Shown here: positions 1 to 7,200 of the stretch, piece after piece
Numbering within the stretch: position 1 is the first letter of the stretch
Layout: each line of letters opens with the position of its first letter
DNA from: a virus
Lineage: Duplodnaviria; Heunggongvirae; Uroviricota; Caudoviricetes
DNA length: 9,450 bases
Strand: one strand, 5' to 3'
IMG/VR virus record: IMGVR_UViG_2711768034_000006
Location: 1 to 9,450 of that record
The notes under the pieces: model-generated
What the model was told of the DNA's origin: nothing
Seen by the model: the letters and a program-made list of their open reading frames with translations, nothing else
Database searches by the model: none
Made by a program: the position numbers and the translations under genes

Positions 1-3
1 ACG

Positions 4-228
4 TTACGGGCTGGCAAACGGCACGATTTCGGCTGATGCCACCTCCCTGGTGCGATAACTACACAGCAGGTTCCGCCCTAGCTTGACCAGTTCCTGCTGC
101 ACGCCTGGCAGCCGGTCGCGAGCATGGTCTACCGCTTCCTGTTCAGTGGCGAAACCCTCCATAATTTCGGTTTCGGTGTAGGTGCCGTGTTCCGGGTCAA
201 AAGCAATGATATATGCGCGATAACTCAT
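4..228 (-). CDS. Hypothetical small protein (74 aa), last gene of primase operon
   Basis: ATG at 228 preceded by GAGGG Shine-Dalgarno about 8 nt upstream; 10 nt after primase stop; followed (via wrap) by intrinsic terminator; no family recognised. Confidence 0.55.
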   Translation of the reverse strand: MSYRAYIIAFDPEHGTYTETEIMEGFATEQEAVDHARDRLPGVQQELVKLGRNLLCSYRTREVASAEIVPFASP

Positions 229-238
229 GGTTTAGCCC

Positions 239-2554
239 TCAGAACGGTTTATCTTCGCCGTCACCGGCTGTTTCTGTCATCACTTCCTGTGCGTCACACA
301 GGGGCGGCATACCTGCACGCGCCATCTGCGCTTCACGTGACTGCGATTTGCCGTCAGCGTTCAGCCATTTGGCCTTATTGCGCAGAATCCAGCAGCGGCT
401 TGCCTTGCCGTGAACCTTAATCGGCCCATCAATTTGCAGCGCGCCAGCTTCTTCCATTGCGCGGCGCATGGCAGGTGTGAAGCGGCTTTCTTCACCGTCT
501 GACAGCACATTTGCAATGTCACCTTGCGTGATAACGTCAACCGGCCATGACAGCACCAGGCGGTCAGCGTTCTTCTGCGTCATCGACTTCGCAGCGCCAA
601 TCACTGACTGTTTGGCCGCGTTCATCGGCGGGCGTTCGCCAGGGTTAAAGCTGCTTATGTCGCGCTCCGCCAGGAACACAGCCACAGCGTTGATAAACTC
701 GCGGTCGTTCAGCGCAGCATAGAGCGTGGCGTAAACTTCCTGCGGGCGCGGCTCTGCTTCGTGATGCACGATGCGCCAGCGGCGGTCTGTGTCGTCAATC
801 GGCAGCGCGTTAAGGTGGTTACTGAACACCAGCCAGCGCATGGCGTTGTGTTCACGGTGCTGGCGGCCATACTTCGGGTTCACGTCACGATATTCAGCCG
901 TAACGATGCTGCGCAGTTTGTTGGTGTGACTGTAGCGGTTTTCGCTCACCCCGGCCTGAATCTCGTCAACGATGGCCAGAACGCGCCCAGCTAACTGGCC
1001 GTTGAACTGGCTATCAAGCAGGTTAGGCAGGTCCACGTTCGGTGCCACATAGCCACGCCATACGCGCGCCAGGACGCTGGCCAGCCAGTTGCGGCCTGTG
1101 CCGGTTTTGTTGGCCACGTGCAGCCAGCCATAGTGCGGAAGTTCGCCTGGCTTCTGCTCCAGGTGTGCCAGCCAATCCAGGAATTTTTCGCGCTCTATGG
1201 CATCCGGGAATAGGTAGGCTACATGGTCCAGAAACAGGCTGATGCCTGTCGTGGCTTCTTTGCGTTCGAGCGGTCGCCAGGTGTTGATTGCAGGGCGTCC
1301 ATCCGGGTCACGGCAGAAGATGCCCGCGCCAGGGTGGAATGTCCGAGTGATAACCGTTTTGCGCTGCGGGTCTTGTTGCCACAGAACGGCGGTAGGCACC
1401 GGCTTTTTGCGCTCGTCGCTCAGTGTCATTGACGCTGACGTAAGCTGGCGGAATTCCTTCCAGGTCATAAACATTGTTGTGTCATTGACGCTGGCCACCA
1501 TTTCACCGCTTGCGATCCACACCATAGATTCCAGCATTTCTTCGCGGGACATCGACGGCGGCAGGATGCTGACTGTTTCCGGCTGTTGCAGGCGGGCGTT
1601 TTCTTCCTGCTGCAAACGGCGGCGGGTTTCTTCCGCCACGTCAACCACGCCACCAGCGCGCGCATTGTTAAGCGCAGCCAGGACCGCATCAGCACCTTGC
1701 TCCTGGTGCAAATCATTAACATCTTTGCCTTCTGCCAGGTCGGACGGCAGGGTGGCAACCGCAAAGCCAGTGCGGAAAGCGTCAGATTCTTTGCCACGGT
1801 CAGGGACTATGACCGGAACAGCACCAGCGGCCTTGATGATGTCGGCAGCCTTGCGGATGTTGCCAGCACCAAAGGAAACCACGGCAGCGCAGCCGGTGAC
1901 GGCGTTCACGCTCCAGGCGTGGCCGATACCTTCCACGATGTAGGCTTTCTGGCCTTTCTCCAGCTTTCCAGCCGTAAATGTGCCATCCATAGGGCAGCCA
2001 CTGGCGTTGCGCTTCTCTCCTTTGTTTGGCCCTACGAACTGTAAGGAAACCAGGTTTCCGCTTGATGACCAAACAGGGATTGCCAGCCAGCCTTTCAGGC
2101 TTTTGCTTCCGCTCCTGATGTCCTGCGTAACAACGCGCAGGCCGTCAGGCTTGCCCCACTTGCGCATGATGTACGGGTGTTCAGCGGTCGCAGGTTCTGA
2201 CGCAGCCCAAATGTCAATCGGGTTGTGTTTGGCTTTTGGCTTCTCAATAGGTGCCTTTTCCGCCCTGGCTGTTGGGTCATTCCACTGCGCCACGTTACGC
2301 GCCAGCCAGAACAGCGTGTTTTCAGTCACCGAACCGTCAATCTTAAAGCTACCCCAGGCGGAACGCACATCCGCTTCATTGCGGTAGTTGGTTGCGCCCT
2401 GGCTCCAGTTATGGAAGTCATCGAATGACAGGCCAGCAGCCTTTGCAGCGCAGCCAATGCGTGCCCAATCACGGCGTGAACAGTCGTTCGGCAGGGATTC
2501 CAGGGCGCTAAGTGCGCGCTCCATGTTGGTGATTTGGTCGTATGCCAGACTCAT
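239..2554 (-). CDS. Primase / SF3 helicase, phage P4 alpha-like replication initiator (771 aa)
   Basis: Long ORF; N-terminal Trp-rich region; DnaG/Toprim-like EGxxxA motif (IVEGIGHAW, aa 206-214); helicase-like region with Walker B-like LAIVDEIQ (aa 524-531) and SF3 motif C-like LVFSNH (aa 575-580); ATGA start/stop overlap with upstream orf77; GGGGG Shine-Dalgarno. Confidence 0.85.
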   Translation of the reverse strand: MSLAYDQITNMERALSALESLPNDCSRRDWARIGCAAKAAGLSFDDFHNWSQGATNYRNEADVRSAWGSFKIDGSVTENTLFWLARNVAQWNDPTARAEKAPIEKPKAKHNPIDIWAASEPATAEHPYIMRKWGKPDGLRVVTQDIRSGSKSLKGWLAIPVWSSSGNLVSLQFVGPNKGEKRNASGCPMDGTFTAGKLEKGQKAYIVEGIGHAWSVNAVTGCAAVVSFGAGNIRKAADIIKAAGAVPVIVPDRGKESDAFRTGFAVATLPSDLAEGKDVNDLHQEQGADAVLAALNNARAGGVVDVAEETRRRLQQEENARLQQPETVSILPPSMSREEMLESMVWIASGEMVASVNDTTMFMTWKEFRQLTSASMTLSDERKKPVPTAVLWQQDPQRKTVITRTFHPGAGIFCRDPDGRPAINTWRPLERKEATTGISLFLDHVAYLFPDAIEREKFLDWLAHLEQKPGELPHYGWLHVANKTGTGRNWLASVLARVWRGYVAPNVDLPNLLDSQFNGQLAGRVLAIVDEIQAGVSENRYSHTNKLRSIVTAEYRDVNPKYGRQHREHNAMRWLVFSNHLNALPIDDTDRRWRIVHHEAEPRPQEVYATLYAALNDREFINAVAVFLAERDISSFNPGERPPMNAAKQSVIGAAKSMTQKNADRLVLSWPVDVITQGDIANVLSDGEESRFTPAMRRAMEEAGALQIDGPIKVHGKASRCWILRNKAKWLNADGKSQSREAQMARAGMPPLCDAQEVMTETAGDGEDKPF

Positions 2555-2784
2555 GCCGCACCCCCTGCCTTGCGCTGCATATCCAGCGCCATTTGCCAGG
2601 CGTCCACGCGGTTGAACGGGAAGCGGGTGTTCTCTGCCAGGTGCCCCAGGTAGATGGAATATTGCAGCGGGCGGCCAGACTGGATGGCCTGCTTAATCAG
2701 TTCCTGCATGATGGCCACGCACTGTGCGTGCGTCTGGCTGGTAGCAGGTTCGCGCATAAGGCGATGCAGGGTGATGATGCTCAT
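2551..2784 (-). CDS. Hypothetical small protein (77 aa), tandem paralog of orf91
   Basis: ATGA overlaps at both ends (2781-2784 and 2551-2554); GGGGGTGCG motif just upstream of ATG; shares DAW motif and AGGA C-terminus with orf91. Confidence 0.55.
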   Translation of the reverse strand: MSIITLHRLMREPATSQTHAQCVAIMQELIKQAIQSGRPLQYSIYLGHLAENTRFPFNRVDAWQMALDMQRKAGGAA

Positions 2785-3056
2785 TTCGCACCCCCGGCAA
2801 TCTGCGCCAGGACGGTGGCCACTTCGCGTTCCGCCAGTTGTTCAGCGTAGGCGTGCGCAGTGATGCGCCAGGCGTCATCTTTGTTCAGGCGGTAGGCTTT
2901 GTTCCCGCGCATTACAATGCGGTAGGTTGCTTCCGCTGTGTCGGTGATGCTTGAACCGTTGCGCAGCATAGCGTCAGCGAATTTGAACGCAGCATCACAG
3001 CGAGTTTCAACGGTTCTGGTTTTCAGGATGGCGTCAGCCAGGTCGTGCAATTTCAT
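2781..3056 (-). CDS. Hypothetical small protein (91 aa), first gene of primase operon
   Basis: ATG at 3056 with GAGGAA Shine-Dalgarno about 8 nt upstream; translationally coupled to orf77; no family recognised. Confidence 0.55.
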   Translation of the reverse strand: MKLHDLADAILKTRTVETRCDAAFKFADAMLRNGSSITDTAEATYRIVMRGNKAYRLNKDDAWRITAHAYAEQLAEREVATVLAQIAGGAK

Positions 3057-3064
3057 TTCGCATT

Positions 3065-3083
3065 CCTCAATATTTCGTTGAGG
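3065..3083. promoter_or_regulatory. Perfect inverted repeat CCTCAA-N7-TTGAGG overlapping the orf91 ribosome-binding site
   Basis: Read directly; on the mRNA the GAGG Shine-Dalgarno lies inside the potential stem. Confidence 0.35.
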
Positions 3084-3122
3084 CTGCGCTAAAATCGGTG
3101 GCTCAATGAAGGGGGGTTTAAC

Positions 3123-3151
3123 TTGCTAAAGGTAAAGGTCTTTGCTAGTAT
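3123..3151 (+). promoter_or_regulatory. Candidate sigma70-like promoter on plus strand (TTGCTA-17-TAGTAT), antisense to operon leader
   Basis: Hexamers with 17-nt spacer read from sequence; 4/6 match each to consensus; lies about 40 nt upstream of a plus-strand terminator-like hairpin. Confidence 0.25.
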
Positions 3152-3188
3152 TTTTCCTAGTCAGGCCGCTAACCTAGACTTTCATTAA

Positions 3189-3229
3189 GCCCCCTGGATT
3201 GTTCGCGCAGTCCGGGGGTTTTCCTTTTT
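3189..3229 (+). terminator. Plus-strand intrinsic terminator-like hairpin (CCCCC..GGGGG stem) followed by TTTTCCTTTTT
   Basis: Five consecutive G-C pairs (3190-3194 with 3214-3218) then T-rich tract 3219-3229; no plus-strand CDS upstream, so it would end a short antisense RNA. Confidence 0.35.
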
Positions 3230-3252
3230 GTGGCGGTGTGCAAGCGCCACAA
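3228..3252. promoter_or_regulatory. Perfect 8-bp inverted repeat TTGTGGCG-N9-CGCCACAA at predicted transcription start of primase operon (operator candidate)
   Basis: Read directly; lies immediately downstream of the candidate -10 element; related ATTGTGGC motif recurs at 8163-8170 upstream of operon 2. Confidence 0.35.
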
Positions 3253-3257
3253 TTCGA

Positions 3258-3285
3258 ATGATACCCTGCAATCCGGTTTCTGCAA
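3258..3285 (-). promoter_or_regulatory. Candidate sigma70 promoter for orf91-orf77-primase-orf74 operon (TTGCAG-16-TATCAT on minus strand)
   Basis: -35 at 3285..3280, -10 at 3263..3258; about 200-nt leader to orf91 start. Confidence 0.35.
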
Positions 3286-3354
3286 GCTATTTTGCCAAAA
3301 TATAGGCCGAAAATTCATAAATAATTTCAGGCATTTAAAAAGGTAAATGTCGCT

Positions 3355-3384
3355 CATAATCCCACATAATCCGGCATAATCGGT
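3355..3384. repeat. Three direct repeats of CATAATC at exact 10-bp spacing (3355, 3365, 3375)
   Basis: CATAATCCCA / CATAATCCGG / CATAATCGGT read directly; helical phasing suggests a protein-binding array; near-identical array at 8220-8249. Confidence 0.5.
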
Positions 3385-3402
3385 TAATAAATGCTAACCA
3401 TA

Positions 3403-3431
3403 AAAAAAAGCCAGAGTTTTCACCCAGGCTT
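3403..3431 (-). terminator. Candidate intrinsic terminator downstream of tape-measure gene
   Basis: Minus-strand RNA forms an imperfect GC stem (3430..3411) followed by eight U (plus-strand A8 at 3403-3410), about 27 nt after TMP stop. Confidence 0.4.
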
Positions 3432-3457
3432 TGGTTGCAGTCATCAATTTCATTTCA

Positions 3458-5734
3458 TTACGGTGCTGCTAATCCGTCATTCATCATGCTACGATTTCGG
3501 ATTCCTTGCTGCTGTTTCAGCTTCTGCGCCACCTTATTTGCCAGCGCATCTTCATTCATGCCAGGCTCGGCCTTCACGTTGATGGTGTACTGGTCGTTCG
3601 TGTTCACCGTTGTGTTGCCGGTGCGGTTAGCCAGTGCCGGTGAAGGCAAGGACGCACCAGGGGCGGCGGTCGCTGCTGGCTGGCTGCTTTCGTCTTCACC
3701 GAACGGATTGCTAAAGAAATCTTTGGTTTTCTGCCACGCACCACCAGCAACATCAGACACGGCGTTTTTAAACTCCAGTGCCTTGTTGGTCAGGTTGCCG
3801 ATGTTGTCAGACACCCACAGAATCTTATCAATCAGGAACGTGATCGGTGCGGTCACAAGCTCGATGCCAGCCGCCAGGGTCTTACCGAACGTCATCCCCA
3901 TTTTACCGGCCTTATCCAGTTCCTCGCCGCTGTATTTGACCGGTTCGGTCAGTGACGTGAACCAGTTGAAAACCGTCTTAACCGCAGCACCCACACCATC
4001 AATGACAGGTTTCAGCGGCCCCATGCGTTCATAAAGGCGGCTCAGAGCTTCGCTAAGCGGTTCCAGCCCGGATTTGATGCCTTCACCCACTCCGCCAAAG
4101 AAAGCCTTCACACCGGCCCAATGGCGGTAAATCTGATAACCTGCCAGCGCCAGGCCAGCTACGGCAGCACCCACGCCAGTGGATATGAACGCCGCACCAA
4201 CGGCACGAATGCCGGTAGCCACCGCAGGCAGGCCACGGGTGCTGGCCAGAACGGCAGATGCGTTCATGCGGGCAAACAGGCTGGACATCTGCAACACGCC
4301 ACCTTTCAGGAACGTGAACGCAAAGCCAGCGGCGAACGTCGCCACACGTAGTGCCACCAGTGCACTGGAACCAATAACCACTGCTTTGGTCACGGTAGGG
4401 TATTCGCGCGCCAGTTCGGCAACCTTGCCGATAACCGGGCCAACGGTAGCCAGAACGCCGTTGAATGCTGGCAGCAGCACTGTGCCGATCGTGACGCCCA
4501 GGTTAGACACACGGTTGTTGAAAATCTTAAGCTGTGCCGACGTTTTGGCGGTGGCTGCCTCATATTCAGCCTGCATAGAACCGGCATATTTGGTCTTGTC
4601 TTTGACCATGTCCAGATTCTTTTGGTACGTATCAAGCTGTGTCAGCATTGGTGCGATAGCGCCAATCGATTCCTTACCAAACAGTTGCGAAAGCGTTGCC
4701 GCCTGCATGTGTTTTGGCAGCTTGCTGATCTTGGACAGGATGACGCGGATTGTTTCATCGGCGTTCAGTTGCATTGATTTTGCAACCTGCTTGGATGTGA
4801 AGCCAAGCTGTTTAAACGCTTCACGCTGTGACTTCGTGGCGGATGCGCCAGCGGTCAGGGATAGCAGCAGGTTTTTAATACCGGTGGCCGCAATCTCATT
4901 CTGCACGCCCATACCGCGCAGCGTTGCACCCATCGCAGCGATAGAACCGGAAGCTGCACCAGCGACGCTGCCAAGCGGCCCGATGCGCTGCGTGATTTCC
5001 AGGATGTCTTTGGCTGATGCGGCGGTGTTGTTGCCCAGGTAGTTGATCTTGTCAGCCAGAACGTTCATCTGGTCCTGCGTCATCCCGAAGGCGGCGCGCA
5101 TCTCTGCCATTGCCTGGCCTGCCTGGTCGGCGCTGACGTCAAAAGCCACACCCATTTTGATGGCCGATTCAGCAAACTTGGTTAGTTCGCTGGTGGCGAT
5201 GCCTGATTGAGCACCAGCGGCAACAATCTTGCCGATTTCGTTGGCTGCCATCGGCATTTTGGTTGACATATCCTGGATAGCCTGGCCCATCTTAACCAGG
5301 CCGTCAGGGGTTTCGAAGTTGGCAACCTTGCGGATATCTGCCAGCGTATCTTCAAAATCCATAGCCTGTTTGATCGGTACAGCTACCGTTGCGCCAAGTG
5401 CGACAGTCCCCAGGATTCCTTCTTTGTAGCCTTGACGCTTCGCCAGGTTGCGTTCGCGGGCATCCTCCACGCGTTTCAGGCGTTCGGTGGCAGAACGAAG
5501 GCGTTCAACCTGCCCGACAACCGTTTGATAGCGGTCCTTCATGCGGGAGAATATCGCGCTATCCTGGCCATAACGCTTCATTGCTTCATTTAACTGGCGC
5601 TGTTCGCGCGACAGCTTAGAGATTGCGCTACCAATCTCGACGGTATTTTTCTTTACAGTTCCAAATGCACCACGAAGGCTGCCGGAAACGGCCCCACCAA
5701 TCGTGATTTTTGCATTTAACTTCTTGTTGGCCAT
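3458..5734 (-). CDS. Phage tail tape-measure protein-like (758 aa)
   Basis: Coiled-coil, A/G/Q-rich N-terminal half typical of tape-measure core regions; long central hydrophobic Gly/Ala-rich segment (about aa 440-540); size typical of siphovirus tape-measure proteins; ATG at 5734. Confidence 0.75.
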   Translation of the reverse strand: MANKKLNAKITIGGAVSGSLRGAFGTVKKNTVEIGSAISKLSREQRQLNEAMKRYGQDSAIFSRMKDRYQTVVGQVERLRSATERLKRVEDARERNLAKRQGYKEGILGTVALGATVAVPIKQAMDFEDTLADIRKVANFETPDGLVKMGQAIQDMSTKMPMAANEIGKIVAAGAQSGIATSELTKFAESAIKMGVAFDVSADQAGQAMAEMRAAFGMTQDQMNVLADKINYLGNNTAASAKDILEITQRIGPLGSVAGAASGSIAAMGATLRGMGVQNEIAATGIKNLLLSLTAGASATKSQREAFKQLGFTSKQVAKSMQLNADETIRVILSKISKLPKHMQAATLSQLFGKESIGAIAPMLTQLDTYQKNLDMVKDKTKYAGSMQAEYEAATAKTSAQLKIFNNRVSNLGVTIGTVLLPAFNGVLATVGPVIGKVAELAREYPTVTKAVVIGSSALVALRVATFAAGFAFTFLKGGVLQMSSLFARMNASAVLASTRGLPAVATGIRAVGAAFISTGVGAAVAGLALAGYQIYRHWAGVKAFFGGVGEGIKSGLEPLSEALSRLYERMGPLKPVIDGVGAAVKTVFNWFTSLTEPVKYSGEELDKAGKMGMTFGKTLAAGIELVTAPITFLIDKILWVSDNIGNLTNKALEFKNAVSDVAGGAWQKTKDFFSNPFGEDESSQPAATAAPGASLPSPALANRTGNTTVNTNDQYTINVKAEPGMNEDALANKVAQKLKQQQGIRNRSMMNDGLAAP

Positions 5735-5755
5735 AATAATTGTGCTCTCAAGGAA

Positions 5756-5962
5756 TTAATTAAGTAAATTTTCTGCAAGGGTGTGTTCACCGATTGCCCG
5801 CAAGGCGGCAGCGGCCAGTTGCAGGGCGCATTCGGTGCGGTAGTCTCGCTGTTTCTGCATTCCCTCCGCTGTTTCGCAAACCATAACTTTGGGCAGGACC
5901 ATATCCACCAGTTCAGGCCAGGGGTTTGTTCCTTCCGGTTTTGTGTGAATACGGTCCAGCAT
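5756..5962 (-). CDS. Hypothetical small protein (68 aa)
   Basis: ATG with AAGGGGG Shine-Dalgarno 6-7 nt upstream; immediately upstream of tape-measure gene; no family recognised. Confidence 0.45.
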   Translation of the reverse strand: MLDRIHTKPEGTNPWPELVDMVLPKVMVCETAEGMQKQRDYRTECALQLAAAALRAIGEHTLAENLLN

Positions 5963-5971
5963 GGTGCCCCC

Positions 5972-6181
5972 TTATGCGGTTTTGCTTTCTGTTGGTTTGT
6001 CGTTGGCGGTGATGTCGCGCATCCCAAACGTGATACCTTTCCAGGACTTCATCGCGCCGCTAAGGTTCTTGATCGCCAACTTTTGTGCGTCGGTCAGTTG
6101 GCTTGCGTTGTTCTTCGTCATCTTGTCGGCTACGCCGATGACGTTCAGAACGGCTTCATAAATGTTGTTGTTGGTTGCCAT
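5972..6181 (-). CDS. Hypothetical small protein (69 aa)
   Basis: ATG at 6181, GGAG about 10 nt upstream; 9-nt gap to orf68; no family recognised. Confidence 0.45.
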   Translation of the reverse strand: MATNNNIYEAVLNVIGVADKMTKNNASQLTDAQKLAIKNLSGAMKSWKGITFGMRDITANDKPTESKTA

Positions 6182-6183
6182 TC

Positions 6184-6501
6184 TTATGCGCTCCGCACCA
6201 GGATAGCGCCGCGCTTCACTGCCTGGCGCTTGGCCCGTTCACCGGAACTGATGCGGCTGGATGGTTGCCACTTCTTGCGTTCCAGGGTCGATGCGTGGCT
6301 TTCCGCTTCGTTGCGCATGGCGCGACCGGCTTCATCGGTCATGTGTTCGAATGCGTTTAAACGGTTGCGAAGGCTGGCCAGCAGGTCGGCTGCTTCGTAG
6401 CTGATTGGGTTTTTCTCTGAAATGGTTTGGAAACGCTTTGTTTCGCTAAGGATCAAACGCGCTTCTTCTTTCATTGATTCGTACAGGTCATGGTTTTTCA
6501 T
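6184..6501 (-). CDS. Hypothetical protein (105 aa from internal ATG; ORF-track start at 6633 probably a spurious extension)
   Basis: N-terminal 44 codons of the long ORF are W/S/T/P/H-rich and not protein-like; MKNHDLYE start at 6501 gives a helical, basic-tailed protein; no clear Shine-Dalgarno at either start. Confidence 0.4.
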   Translation of the reverse strand: MKNHDLYESMKEEARLILSETKRFQTISEKNPISYEAADLLASLRNRLNAFEHMTDEAGRAMRNEAESHASTLERKKWQPSSRISSGERAKRQAVKRGAILVRSA

Positions 6502-6715
6502 AGTATTGGCCGCTAACAATAGTTGTTGATGATTAAGTGAGTGCGCGCTTTTAGGTGACAGGTGCGGCGCAACCGGTGTGGAATTAGTGGTGGTTTTGAC
6601 CGTCCAGGATGACCACCAACCTGGTTCCAGCATCCATCGTCTGAGGAACGATGAAGGTTAAATTTGGCCGGTTATTTTGGGCACAGGGAACCGGTGAAAC
6701 CTGTATTCTTGGCCA

Positions 6716-6880
6716 TTATTTGCCGTTCAGCCCGCTACTCAGAAACTTTTCAATCACCTGGCTGCGTGAAGGGCGGATGCCTGTTCTGCGTTCCAGTTTG
6801 GCTTGCTCTCTTTCGACCTGGCGCACCAGGTCAGGGGCGAGGCGTACCGTTACGTGCTGGCGTGTTTCTTGTCGTTTCAT
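6716..6880 (-). CDS. Ribbon-helix-helix (Arc/CopG-like) DNA-binding protein, 54 aa
   Basis: My own translation of the minus strand: MKRQETRQHVTVRLAPDLVRQVEREQAKLERRTGIRPSRSQVIEKFLSSGLNGK; beta-strand/helix/helix pattern resembling Arc; below the ORF-track size cutoff; ATG 3 nt after orf104 stop. Confidence 0.7.
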   Translation of the reverse strand: MKRQETRQHVTVRLAPDLVRQVEREQAKLERRTGIRPSRSQVIEKFLSSGLNGK

Positions 6881-6883
6881 GGC

Positions 6884-7198
6884 TTAATACCTGCTCATCC
6901 AGCTTTCGCGCTTCTGTTTCGGGCGCTGCTCGCGGTAGTGACTGCGCACCAGGGAGGCGAGGTAATTCACGGCGCGTTCAATCTGGTACTGCTTAAGCTC
7001 CGGGTAAGCCTTGCGAATCCATTTTTCAGCAGCGTCATCGCTGTAGATGAATCCTGACCAGCCAACCGGCTGCACTACGATGCGCGGTGTGTTTTCATCA
7101 CCGTGGCGCACATACATGGCCACACCTTCGATAGCTGCCAGGATTTCACCCGGCAGGGCAGCGCGCTCCGCTGCCGCTTTTTTGCTGCCCCACCACAT
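6884..7198 (-). CDS. Hypothetical protein (104 aa; ORF-track start at 7204 is TTG)
   Basis: ATG at 7198 sits 2 nt after the upstream TGA; AAGG Shine-Dalgarno about 7 nt upstream; no family recognised. Confidence 0.5.
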   Translation of the reverse strand: MWWGSKKAAAERAALPGEILAAIEGVAMYVRHGDENTPRIVVQPVGWSGFIYSDDAAEKWIRKAYPELKQYQIERAVNYLASLVRSHYREQRPKQKRESWMSRY

Positions 7199-7200
7199 GA

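Noticed and set aside
1242-1943. Plus-strand ORFs of 200-290 aa (1242..1943, 4179..5042, 7543..8076, 5783..6400 and others)
   Set aside because: All lie antisense inside the long minus-strand genes, translate to Arg/Ser/Cys/Ala-rich low-complexity sequence, and lack ribosome-binding sites; typical shadow ORFs of GC-rich coding DNA.
3169-3357. 62-aa minus-strand ORF in the primase operon leader
   Set aside because: It spans the promoter, operator-like palindrome and hairpins; composition is not convincing and it starts inside the repeat array. Could be a leader peptide, but I cannot support it.
3355-3384. CATAATC/TGTGGGATTATG repeats as DnaA boxes
   Set aside because: Resemblance to TTATCCACA requires an insertion; not a convincing match.
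5756-6181. orf69, orf68 and the tape-measure gene share one reading frame separated by single TAA stops (also orf104 and RHH)
   Set aside because: Three of six gene junctions in the operon are in frame, close to the chance expectation of one in three, and each downstream gene has its own ATG and ribosome-binding site; no support for readthrough or pseudogenisation.
6502-6633. N-terminal extension of the 6184..6633 ORF (MLEPGWWSSW...)
   Set aside because: The first 44 codons are W/S/T/P/H-rich and not protein-like, with no Shine-Dalgarno; the internal ATG at 6501 is preferred, though the true start remains uncertain.
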